From: Octopus vulgaris
Taxonomy: Eukaryota
Assembly (NCBI GenBank): GCA_951406725.2
Contig: OX597816.1
Location: forward strand, 90,086,001 to 90,150,000
Length of the DNA stretch: 64,000 bases
Direction: 5' to 3'
This document shows, piece by piece, positions 50,530 through 64,000 of the stretch. The translations under genes were made by a program, and so were the position numbers. Position 1 is the stretch's first letter, and every line of letters starts with the position of its first letter. The notes below the pieces were generated by a model, which had not been told where the DNA came from, made no database searches, and was given only the letters and a program-made list of their open reading frames with translations.

Positions 50530-51767
50530 TTGGCTTTGTAAGAAAGTAATTTCAGTTTTTTTAGTGTGAATTGAAATTTTTGTTTTTCATACAAAGAATG
50601 AACTTTAATCAATTATATATTTACCATTTTGTTCAATGACCTTTTGCCATCTTTCTAACTTCATGATTCTGTGCTCATAGAACTTCCGATTTTTATCAGC
50701 CAAAAACTGAAGCAAGTGTGATTTCAGGTCATCATCATTATTAAAAGTTTAATCATTCAGAGAATTTTGTAAACTTTGAAATAAATGGTAATCTGATGGT
50801 GCAAGGTTGGGGGCTATATGGATGTGACATCACTTCCCAACCAAGCTCCAGTAATTTTTTGTAAGTTAAGACGAGTGCGATCTAGTTCCATGGTGGAACA
50901 TGATTCCTTTACGATTTACCAATTCTGGCTGTTTTTCTTTGATTGCTTCTTCGAGTTTCATTAGTTGTTGACAGTAAACATCCGAATTGTTTGGTTCCTT
51001 GGAAGCAGCTCAAAATACACAACACCGTTGTAATCCCACCAAATTGACAGCATGATTTTTTTTTATTTTGATACAATTCAGCTTCAGTGTGATTTGTATT
51101 GGTTCATTACACTTGGACCATGATCGGATTCGATTGATGTTATTGTAGACAAACCATTTTTCATCACCAGTGATGATTCGTTTTAAAAAAAATGTTGATT
51201 TCACTGTGTTTGAGATGCATATCGCTAATACTGATTCGTTGTGTTATGTGAATCTCTTTCAATTTATGTGGAATCCAAATATTGAGATTCTTGATGAATC
51301 CAAGACATTTTAAATGGTTTTCAATTGTTGTGTGTGATACATTTAACCTCTTAGCAATCTCTCGAACAGTTATATGACAATCAGATTCAGTTATGACTTT
51401 GATTTGGTCATCATCAAATTCAGTAGGTTGACCAGAACGTAGGTCATCTTCGAAAAATCTCAAGAACGGAATTTTTTAAACCATTTCTGACAATGCCATA
51501 AACTTCACATATCTCTTTGTGAGTCTCGGCTGCTTTTTTGCATTTACGGAAATAAGAAAGCAAAATGTGTCAAATGCTCATTTTTGCACTCCATGTTAAA
51601 ATTGACACTCAACTATCAACTGTAAACAAAATTACGTGCAATTTGCTTCAAAAGTAAAAGCTAAAAGTCTGGCTATCAAATGTCAAAGGAAAAAATCATA
51701 AGCTTAACAAGTCATTAAAAAATTATAACTATTTGCAAAAAATAAAATTACTTTCTTGCCAACCCAA
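50530..51767 (-). mobile_element. Near full-length defective mariner in DYNC1H1 intron 1
   Basis: TIRs ttggctttgtaagaaagtaattt / aaattactttcttgccaacccaa; WIPHKL, ITGDEKW, HPYSPNLAPSDYHLF. Confidence 0.92.
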
Positions 51768-52048
51768 CACACACACGCACTAATCCTTTTTTTTTAATGC
51801 TTTGTTAGAACAAGTCTACATATGCTTTTACTACAGTTAATACTAAAAAGTATTTTGTCCTTTAATAAGCAGTTAACATAAATGGACAGATACTGCCAAT
51901 TACTTTCATTATAGAATAGTTACCTTCTTAGAAATAGTTTACTTTATTACGATGTCTGAAGAATTATATATATGTGTGAGAGAGATAGAGAGAAAGGTTT
52001 GATGATGCAAACAGTTAAAAATGTCCTGCTTTGAGTTCTGTTTTTCCT

Positions 52049-52115
52049 AATATTTAGCAGAAGCAACAGTGGTGCACAAAACCCTTAATCACTCTGTTGC
52101 TTCTGCTAAAATATT
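52049..52115. repeat. Compact hairpin of pre-miRNA size
   Basis: tttagcagaagcaacag / ctgttgcttctgctaaa perfect 17-bp stem, extendable. Confidence 0.8.
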
Positions 52116-53479
52116 AATAATATATATTTAGTGTCCAACCCATGCTAGCATGGAAAGCGGACGTTAAACGATGATGATGATGATGTGTTTGTCTTTTTCA
52201 CTTTCCCATCCTCAAATGTCCACGATATGAAATTGAAAGTAATGGTATCTGGTAGCCATTTTGAGTAACGAAAAATGGCTGTGAAGACTTGGTAACTTAG
52301 TTTAATTTTAGAAATATACTTCTTTTGAATAGCTGTTCAAAATTATGTATATGGGATGAAAGTTATTGCACTCTGGGCCTTGAACACGAAACGTAGGAGG
52401 GCAAAGCAAGTGTTTAAATAAACCAAAAGAAATAGCTTTTAATATTTTTGATTACTTTTTTTCAAAACCGTCTTCAGTTTTCCATGTTGTAAACATCAGA
52501 TTCCAACTGTTAAATATAAAATTAAAAACACTTTTACTGACATTCCTCAATTACACAAATTACCAAAATATGCAGAGTCAGAATCTCTGATGTTCAAAAG
52601 AAATCTGAAAAACTATTAGTGGAAGTGATTTACTGCTTTCCTCTTGTTTTACTGACTGAGCAATAATAAAATAGTTTCAGAACCACCACCCATTAGTTTT
52701 CTGTTTTAAATTTCATTTTTCAATTGACACAATTTCACTTTTTTACACTCCAGCTTTGTTATTAAGCTAAATCTTTCTCAAATTATATTCTGTGGTGGGT
52801 GGTGTGGTGTCATTACTGAAATGCCTGTCTTGAGGCTAAATTACATATAAGAACAAGCCACTCCATCCTTTAAAAAATTTTAAAGATGGAAACAAATTAA
52901 ACCAAAGTTGAAGTGAAACTAAAAGGAACTGAATTGTTTAAGTAAAAATGGAAGCTTCCAGATCGAATTGTGGATGGGTGCTGCTGTAAAGGAGATACAT
53001 GGTTACCTGACCAGAGGGAAGGAGAGAGAGTGATCAAGAATGAGGACAGAAACAGGTTTATTGCTGTAGAGGAGATACATGGTTATTTGGGCAGAGCAAG
53101 GGAGAGAGTAGGAGACAGTAGGAGAAGGATGGCGGCAAGTACCAGGGTACACTTACAAGGAACAGCGATCAGGACCAAAATGCCCCCCCCCCCCCGTAGA
53201 GTAAAGATAAGGGAGATGAATTGTAGTAACTGCTGGCTGGGCATCACCTAGGAGTGAGGAGTGGTGGAATGCAGTGACTGGTGAGAATTTGGGTATATAC
53301 AAAGGGAGGGGATGAAGTGGGAGTGGGAAACAGTCATAATGTATGAAGTGGAAATGTGAGGAAGAGAAGTGGGGGGATGTAGTTTGGTTTGTTGGGGTAG
53401 GGTTTGTGAAAGTTTTATTGTGGGACATATCTCTTCTAGAACTCAGGTTCACTGATGTGGGTGGGTCTTCTCTAGAACC

Positions 53480-54015
53480 TCATATCACCAGACATCTCTA
53501 GTGTCATTTCCTCTGTGAGCTCCAACATCTTGAGATCAGTCCTCACCACTTCATCCCATGTCTTCCTGGGTGCCATCCACTTTCGGTGACAGGCACTTGT
53601 CTTCATTCATATGCGTCACATGTCCAGACCAATGCAGTCCCCTCTCTTGCATGCTGCATTTGATTCCTCTTATGCTCAACTTTTCTCTCAACACATTTAC
53701 GCTTTGTCATTAATGCACATCCAGTGGAGTATACTGCCTTCATTTCCCTCTAGTCTACGCATGTCCCCCGCATTCAGAGTATGATGCACCAGCCTCATAT
53801 AGTCTACCTTTCATTGTGAGAGAATCCTTTTATTGTCAACAGAAGTAGTAGCTCTCTGAACTTTCTCCATCCTATTCATATTCTAGAAACAAATCTTTCA
53901 GAGCATCCACCCCCATTGCTAATTTGATCAACTCGGTAACAAACTATCTACTACCTCAAGAGAGCCTCCTAGACATTTCAGAGAGTCTAAGTCCTGTGTG
54001 CTCTTAGTGCTTATT
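53480..54015 (-). mobile_element. Old RTE LINE fragment
   Basis: LEVVDS, LREKLSIRGI, PRKTWDEVVR on the minus strand. Confidence 0.75.
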
Positions 54016-56304
54016 GTTTAAATATTTGCAGAAAACAAAGGACACAGTGTGTTGCAGTTTGTTGGATAGTGAAGTAATTTATTGTTAATGCGATTACTGT
54101 ATGTAACACCTGGTAAATTTTACCATGAACACATGTTTTTCATGTTTAGAAAATAAATAATTCAGAGATACCATCTGCCTAAAAAAAATATTTGAATTAG
54201 TGTTAGCATATTTCATGCAGGTAGCATTAAAAAGCTAACTAGAAATATTTATGCTTTTTTATTTTTATTGATTAACAGTTAACATGACACATAGTAACAT
54301 GACCTGTTATAACTAACAGTCAAGTCTCCATCTGATATCCCGTTGTACTAGAATAAGATAAACTGCATTAGGTAATGTAGTTTTAGATCTATTTCTTACG
54401 ATAAAAAAACTGGATAGTTATGGCTGGTGTCTCTCATAAATCTGCTCTTGATCAGTCTTATTTTGGATGTGATTAGCAGAAATCTAATTACCAATGTTGC
54501 TTGATAAAAATTAAAAAGTTTTGTTACCATATTTCTGTGGAAATAACATTGTTTGAATAAATTTTTTAACTGAAGAATTTAGTAAAATAAATTAAGCTGG
54601 TGTTAGGATCAATTTTTACAGGAAATTTTAATGGATGGTTATAATTTAGATCACTTAAAGTTTGTAACAACTAAGGACAGTCTCAAGTGGGTTGATATCA
54701 AAAGGGTTAATGTTTTTTATGCAAGTATTTTATGAGGACAGTTTCATTTCTAAAATTTTATAGTTATAAAATGTATCTCAGTTCGTTCTTGTGACTTGCA
54801 TTTTCCCTTTGCTGTCTATAGTTTTTATTCTCTCACCTTGAAAAGTTCTTTTCTAGTTATCCCTAGTATCATACCAAATCACTCTGAAGAAGACATTTAA
54901 TATTTTAATAGTCTCATTCTATAGTTTGCTAGATGTTTTGAAAACCAGGGATAAATGAATTTGGGAGCAAATTCAGTTAATTGTATGCATTGCAGTCTGG
55001 GAATATTGTACTCACTTCACTCAATCTTTTTACATGTCTAGACTCTGGTGGTGGGCAAGGTGAACTTGATCTGTATGTTGCCATTTCCTTGCATTTAAAC
55101 ATTAGTGTGGTGCATATGAGTATTTGGATCAGAAAGTTGTGACTTTATTTGGGTGTGTGCATTTGTTTGTCTTGACTTAGTAGGAGCTACAGCATTCTTA
55201 AGATGTCTTGTTCTGAAGTATTGATTTTTTTTTTTTTTTTGGATGATTGTATGTAGTAGCAGGGGATGCAAGAAGTTTAGACTTAGCTGCAATAAAAAAT
55301 TATGTCCCTTGCATATTAATGTGCACTTTCATTTTTAGTATTTTTGTTTTGATGTCCTGTGTGATCATGCCAGTTACCAGCTTTTCCATAGATTATTGAT
55401 TAATAATATTACTGATTTTTCTGTGGTGTTGCTGAACTTTGCTTTAGTCTATTGTTAGTTTTTATCAGGCTGAGTAGTTCAGTAGCGTAATTAGTTGTCT
55501 ATTTTTATGCTGCCTTTTTTTTAAAAAAAAAAAAATTTTTTTAGGCGTTATATTATCTTGTTGAATGTGTTCACTGCAGTGTCTATGTTGATGATGGAGT
55601 TGTTCTGCAAACCTAAATTTTTTTTCTGTAAGACATTCAACCAAGTCATTTGAATCTTGATTTTATTTTGTTCATTGATGTGTGTTACGATAAGTAGGTT
55701 TGGTTGTGATAGCTACATGTATGGAGTGAGCAATGATTTCTATAGGGGATTTGTAATTAGCTTGGTGAGGTGTGTTGATTAGAACACAAAGGTAGTTTAG
55801 TTGTGATGCTATTGTAGCACTCCTGTTGCCTATATTTTTATGGCTACACTAAAGTCTACTCCATTTGAATGGTGTTTTGATTTGTGTGTGAAGTTATTGT
55901 GTTTGGGACATTTTAGTGCCATAGTATGTAGACCAATTCTAGGGTATATTTTAGATTGCTAATTCCACCAAATATACCACTAGTTTTGCTTTATCAGCTC
56001 TCTCATTGCAAATGTTGTTTGCCTTTCTATAGGCTAATGTATTTTCTCTTGTGCTGATATTAGGAAATGCAATTGCATTATACATTAGATCTCTTAGAAG
56101 TTAGTCCTGTTCTTGTGTATCTTTGAGGTGCTAATTCCCAAAATATCAGTTCTTTTTCAGATCTGCTGTTTTAATACAAAAATGGTATTAATGCTATTAA
56201 TATATTTACATGCTATTAAAATTACCACATATTTCTAGATCAGTTTATTTCAGTACAAAAGCTTTGAGGAAAGGCATTGAACCAAGGTAGCTCACTTTTA
56301 CAAG

Positions 56305-56880
56305 TATTAGGCTGTCTGGAAAGTTATGAGCATTTTTTAATATGCAAGCAGGGATATAAATAATTGACCTTTCAATAAATTTTATTCAATGAAAATTTCC
56401 ATTATTATTAATGACCTTTACCCATCTATCAGTCAATTGAAATATTCCATCAGCATAAAATCTGACTGTTTTCGAAGAAAAAAAAATTATCTAGATGCAT
56501 GCTTTTCCTTGCAATGAGTTCTGTAGAGACGGAAACAAGTGGTAGTTGGATGGTGCAATATCAGGAGAATATGGTGGGTAGGGTAAGAGATCCCAGCCAA
56601 GTTCACATAACTTTGTTCAGATACCAAAAGACATGTGGTTGGGCATTGTCTTGTTGGAACACTACCCCTTTCTTATTGGTAATCTCTGGCCTCAGTTCTT
56701 TGATGTTTTTGGATCAAACTAGCCAGCCTATGACAGTACTCATCAGAATTAGGGTTTGGTTTTGTGGGAGAAGCTCATGCTTTTATGATCCCATCAAACA
56801 CAAACCATAGCTTTTTTGACATGGATATTCATCTTTGGTTGCTATTTTGGAGGATCTTTTTCACACTACCCCATTACAAT
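56305..56880 (-). mobile_element. Degenerate internally deleted mariner
   Basis: TIR-like tattaggctgtctggaaagtt; QQDNAQPH and HPPYSPDIAPS motifs on the minus strand. Confidence 0.7.
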
Positions 56881-57959
56881 TGATCTGGATCTAAACTACG
56901 ACAACCAGAACACAATGTACATCTCAGTAATCACTTGACCTGTCAGAGATAGCAGTTAATTCTACTTTAGATCACATCCTATGGGAGAATACATTTATGT
57001 TGCATTTTCATGATTACTTGCAGCTATTAAAAAAGACACATGATCTTTTAGGAATAGTAGCACATCTCAAATCGCAGCCCATCTTATGTCTAAATGTTAT
57101 ATACATTGGCTAGAAATAGCAGCCTTATCTCCTTCAAAGGACAGCCTACCATCAGCAAAAGCACATATTTGATAATGTAAGCCAGAGTCCTTTCACACAC
57201 CTGAAATGGGGGATACTCATAAGTTGAATACTTTTCATCACGAGTCTGCTCCATAATGAATGACCTGGAACTAAACCACAGGAGAATACACAACAAAAAT
57301 ATACATGAAATGAAGAAAAACCAATGCAGACAATACAACTATGCACAACATATATGTAGTCTTGTTTTGTAGCAATCTGTTTGTTTCTCATTTTCTCATT
57401 CACTCTATTTTACTGACAAATACATCATATATAATAGAAATATATTCACTTTTCACTATGTTAAATACCATGTCACTGCCAAATATGCAATCTTTAAAAT
57501 AGCATGTTTGTGCTAGTATTTGATGTATATTGTGCAGGTGTGAGTGTGTGGATATGGACTTTAATTTCAAACCATGTGGTTCTATCTCACCACATGGCTC
57601 CATGAGCCAACAAATACCTGTGAGCAAATTTGTTTGACAAACTGTATAAAAGCCTGTTTTGTTTGTGTGTGTGTGTGAATGTTTACATTCTGTATCTTTG
57701 TATGAAAGTTAATCAACAAATGGTGACATATTGACATTCTGTATCAACTCTCATGCTTTTGAAGACAAGTGGAATAAAAAAAGAAAATCCCTTGAAAAAT
57801 TGATAAGGGTTAGCAATAGGAAGGGTAATTGGCTCCTTAGGTTTTTATCCAACCTCCATTAGTTTGGAAAAACAGAATGGATAAATATGTGTTTGTGAGT
57901 GCATTGGCATGACCCTATGGTTAAGCTATGTATATCATATGTATATTAATTTCTTTTAG

Positions 57960-58068
57960 ATGATTCTGAAGATGTGGAAGGTGTATCAGAAAGTGAAGAA
58001 GGTCCTGAAGGAGCAGTATCTTACCTTATATCCTGTGAAATGCATTATACCAGTTCAAAGATGAGCAG
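57960..58068 (+). CDS. DYNC1H1: DYNC1H1 exon 2
   Basis: ttttag|AT GAT TCT...(D)DSEDVEG...VSYLISCEMHYTSSKMS; AG|gtaact; requires phase-1 entry. Confidence 0.9.
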
Positions 58069-58218
58069 GTAACTTAATTTTTCATTGAAAGAAAATCATT
58101 AAGCAATAAATTTGAAGAATTCTAACATAAAAGATAAATGCTTATCAATTGATTTAGATATATTTTAGAACATAAGTAAACAGGAATATTCTATATTTTT
58201 ATAATTTTTCCATTGCAG

Positions 58219-58392
58219 CATTATTTTCATTAAGAGAGGTCAAATTGTTGAGCAGGACAAAAGTTTTCCTTCCCAGCTCCGTATCATGAACTTCAGTGAA
58301 GGATCTCCTTATGAAACTCTTCATTCATACATCAGTCATGCTGTTGGACCATTTTTCAAGTCTTACATCAAAGAAACTGGAAAAGCTGAAAG
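58219..58392 (+). CDS. DYNC1H1: DYNC1H1 exon 3
   Basis: IIFIKRG...[41 protein letters not shown]; ttgcag| and |gtataa. Confidence 0.95.
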
Positions 58393-58533
58393 GTATAAAT
58401 GTTAAACATTTGCATGGTTAAACCTTAGTTTTTCATATTAAAATACAATATCTATTTTCATCTCTGAGATATATATCCTCTATTTCTTATTATTTTGCTA
58501 ACCAGGTTATACTTTTTAATTTTATTTCCTGAA

Positions 58534-58850
58534 GGTGCATGGCTTAGTGGTTAGTGTATTTGGCTCATGATCATAAGGTTGAGAGTTTGATTCTTGGTTG
58601 TATGTTGTGTCCTTGAGCAAGACATTTTATTTCACATTGCTCCAGTGCACTCAGCTGGCAAAAATGAACCTGTAGTTCAATGGGCCAGCTTTGTCACATT
58701 TGGTGTGTCACACTGACTGTCCTTGAGAACTACATTAAGGGTCTGTGGAGTGCTCCACTTGCACATTAATTTCAAGAGCAAAGTGTTCTTTTTAGTGAAT
58801 CAGCTGGAACACTTGTCTTCATAAATGGAGTACTCAGCCATCATTTGCCT
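58534..58850 (+). mobile_element. tRNA-derived SINE (third family) in intron 3
   Basis: tggcttagtggttag A-box, gtttgattc B-box-like, gtgtccttgagcaagac body. Confidence 0.65.
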
Positions 58851-59696
58851 CATTCAGTATCTGGAACAAATTTCATGTTGAATGAACACCAACCTCACCA
58901 GTCTGAGAGGGCTTATCAAAGCCTCAATTACTGCTTCTACAACTAAGTAATAAAATAATCAGCAATATGATTATTTTAAAGATAGGCATTTTTGTTTTGT
59001 GAATGCATTTTAACTGATCCTGTGTCATATATTACAATCATCCAGCTTCTAAAATTTTCATTTTAAATCCTGAATATTCTCTCTTTTCACTGTTTTGTTA
59101 AGTTTATGACATGAGATTCACCTAGTCTCTAAACTTAGATAAATGTACACTTTTCTAATTTCTGATAATTTTATGGAATGATAGTGTTTTATTGTTAAGT
59201 AAGTTATATTATGGGATTTATGTGTATGACTTTTAATATCCACTTGCTTGCATGGAAATTACAGGTTAAAATTATTCCTATAGACTGAGTGTCTATGCTA
59301 TTTTATTATGTATGCAAAAATATTAAAGCATGCATAAAAAATGCTTTTGTAATATTTTAATATGTGTTCAAAGAATATTTTGTATGATACTGAAGAATAT
59401 AGCAATAGATAATACATTAGCAAAGATAACACTAAAGAAGTATTTTAAGACAAAGCATCTATTATGAATATTGAACATCAAATTTGTTTCTCATCTCAAA
59501 CTATTACTAGGTTGTTACTAATCATATTGTCATATTCTTAAGCCCCTAATTTAAAATTTTTTGCACAGTTTGACTGATTATTACTTTTAAATTTCCAAAA
59601 TAAAATATCAGTTGATAATTTTTATTTTATTATATTCAATATGCTGTAATTGTCTACAAAATTAAACCAAAAAATATTTTTCAAACTTCAATAAAG

Positions 59697-59952
59697 GGAT
59701 GGTGACAAAATGGCTCCAACTGTGGAAAAGAAAATTGCTGAACTTGAAATGGGCTTGTTACATTTGCAACAAAACATCGATATTCCAGAAGTTAGTCTTC
59801 CTGTGCATCCAGCTGTTCAAAGTGTCATAAAAAAATGTTCAGAAGAAAACCGAAAGCCTAAAGTCGAAGATTTTGGGAATAAAGTTGAAGATCCTCAATT
59901 TCTCAATGCTTTGCAAAGTGGTGTTAACCGATGGATTAGGGAAATACAAAAG
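59697..59952 (+). CDS. DYNC1H1: DYNC1H1 exon 4
   Basis: [27 protein letters not shown]...[11 protein letters not shown]; weak aataaag| acceptor, |gtaatt donor. Confidence 0.95.
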
Positions 59953-60065
59953 GTAATTCTATTTCAGGGTCTTTTTTCCTTTCCATAATTAAAATTTTGT
60001 AAATTTATTTTCGAAATATTTCTATTGCATGTTTCATATATTTTTTTGATATCTTTGGAATATAG

Positions 60066-62160
<2,095 letters not shown>

Positions 62161-62292
62161 GCATGCAATATTATTTGTAATTGTAAAATTTTCTATAAAT
62201 CTTTTGTGCAATTTAAATTGATTTCTGATTTAAGAATAATTAAATTTCTCAAGTTAAAATTGTATTTTAATGGTCTAAAAAATATTTATTAG

Positions 62293-62513
62293 GTTTGAGG
62301 TCAGCCATGGTCACAGTCAATGACTATAACCAACTCATGAAAGATTTTCCATTGAATGACTTGTTGGCGGCAACAGAGCTTGATAGAATTCGAGCTGCTT
62401 TACAAGCCATTTTCAATCATTTAAAGAAAATTCGACCAACAAAATATCCAATCCAGAGAGCATTAAGACTTGTTGAAGCAATTTCAAGAGATCTCAGTAC
62501 ACAATTGTTGAAA
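62293..62513 (+). CDS. DYNC1H1: DYNC1H1 exon 6
   Basis: [25 protein letters not shown]...[12 protein letters not shown]; |gtaagt. Confidence 0.97.
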
Positions 62514-62629
62514 GTAAGTGAAAAATTCTGTTTTACACAATTTTTTTTTTTTGTAAATATTTGTGATGCTCATAAAATTTCAGTAGCTTGTCTTCCTTTT
62601 CTTAATTTTTGTATAATTTGCTCTTTTAG

Positions 62630-62680
62630 GTTTTGGGAACTCGAAGACTCATGCATATACCTTATGATGATTTTGAAAAG
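62630..62680 (+). CDS. DYNC1H1: DYNC1H1 exon 7
   Basis: [17 protein letters not shown]; ttttag| and |gtgagt. Confidence 0.95.
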
Positions 62681-62799
62681 GTGAGTTTGTTTTAAATTTT
62701 TTTTATTTGCAGTTATATACAGTTGCTATTGTTAAATTGGAAATAATCCTTCAAACAGAGTTACTGAAGTAAAATTAAAAAATTTTTTTTTTTGTTCAG

Positions 62800-62969
62800 G
62801 TTATGTCTGCTTGCTTTGAAGTATTCAGTACTTGGGATGATGAATATGATAAGCTTCAAGGTCTGCTGCGAGACCAAGTGAAAAAGAAGAGAGAAGAACA
62901 TCTTCGCATGGTGTGGAGAGTAAATCCTGCTCACAAACGCCTCCAAAGTCGTCTTGATCAAATGAGAAG
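62800..62969 (+). CDS. DYNC1H1: DYNC1H1 exon 8
   Basis: [20 protein letters not shown]...RLDQMR. Confidence 0.96.
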
Positions 62970-63842
62970 GTTTAACTTGGTTTTTAATTTTATTTTGTGA
63001 ATTTGAAAAATGTTGATTTTAAGATAGAAAAAAAGATAGTTACATTTCTTTAAATGCTGAAGATAATGCAGTAGATGAAATATTTGAGCTAGTTTGTTGT
63101 GGTTTTGCAGATTTAAATTTTTTGTAGAAATTGTCAAATTTCATCTACCATGGATATGATGTGCATAAGAAACAGTTTTGAAACACTTCAAAGCTGCAAT
63201 TGCTTATTGTTGCTTATATTCTAGAAATCTCTGAGACTTGATCATAGTTCCTATGGGAAACTTTAAAATTTTGTAATTTTACTGTAATAGTAGCTATTTT
63301 GAAATTATAATATAGTAATATCTTTATAAAAGTACTGTTTGATCTAAGATTGATTATGGAAGGACTAGTATATGAATGAGTACGATCTAAGTATGTTCTC
63401 AATTGCAAAATCTCAACAGAAAATTTAATTTCGTAATGAGATGTGAAATAAAATATCTTCTATTCATCATAAATCAAGAGATAATGCTAGTTATATGATT
63501 ATGAAGCAGTATGTTTCATTTCCTTGTTAGTATTGTGCCATCTCACATTCAAACTATGCTGAATCCCACTGTTTTCCTTCAATTGCTTCAATCTTGCTAA
63601 GGAAGTATATTTACATAATCATTTTAAATATTATATAACCTTTGTTTTGGTAAAGATATTGTCATTGTGAAATGAATGTCTTGTTTATTTTAATATTGTT
63701 AAAATAAGATGAGGTACACTAGTAATAAATTTTAAAAGTTGCTGTTTTAATTTGATGTGGAAAACTTTTTAATTTATCAGTTTTTATTTCTATATTTCTT
63801 TTCTTTAAAGTTTGTGAATCTACCAAATTTTGATTTTTACAG

Positions 63843-63996
63843 ATTCCGCCGCCAACATGAACAACTACGTCAAGTGATTTTGCGTGTGTTGCGGCCATCT
63901 CCCAGTAAAGCTCGTGCTGGTACACCCTCAACTGAAGAACCTGAACCCCAGATAGAACCAATGGTAGATGAAGCTGCTGATGCAAATGCTATTGAG
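63843..63996 (+). CDS. DYNC1H1: DYNC1H1 exon 9 (gene continues beyond window)
   Basis: FRRQHEQLRQVILRVLRP...AADANAIE; tttacag| and |gtaa. Confidence 0.95.
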
Positions 63997-64000
63997 GTAA

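Noticed and set aside
57090-57627. Cluster of minus-strand ORFs in dynein intron 1 as a nested gene
   Set aside because: No recognisable domain, splice pattern or coherent frame

Overview
AT-rich, repeat-dense eukaryotic DNA with spliceosomal introns. The tRNA-derived SINEs, RTE-type LINEs with (GAT)n tails, mariners and (TA)n tracts look like an Octopus/coleoid cephalopod genome (inference from repeat style). Two conserved genes are divergently arranged. One is a TNNI3K orthologue (ankyrin repeats plus TKL kinase, 847 aa) whose whole CDS is a single exon (33671-36214, minus). The other is the first nine coding exons of cytoplasmic dynein 1 heavy chain (DYNC1H1, 47411 to beyond 63996, plus). 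A probable two-exon orphan gene (about 134 aa, minus, 16081-17082) lies below a motif-dense promoter (E2F, E-box, kB, CCAAT). The most anomalous feature is a perfect 20-bp direct repeat, with copies exactly 600 bp apart. Its first copy sits where the DYNC1H1 exon-1 splice donor should be and leaves exons 1 and 2 out of phase. Other notable structure includes a ~5-kb inverted duplication (5581-10513) with arm-specific insertions including a probable solo LTR, a tail-to-tail RTE palindrome, several long hairpins and a degenerate minimal hammerhead motif. Repeat boundaries were read by eye and are approximate.
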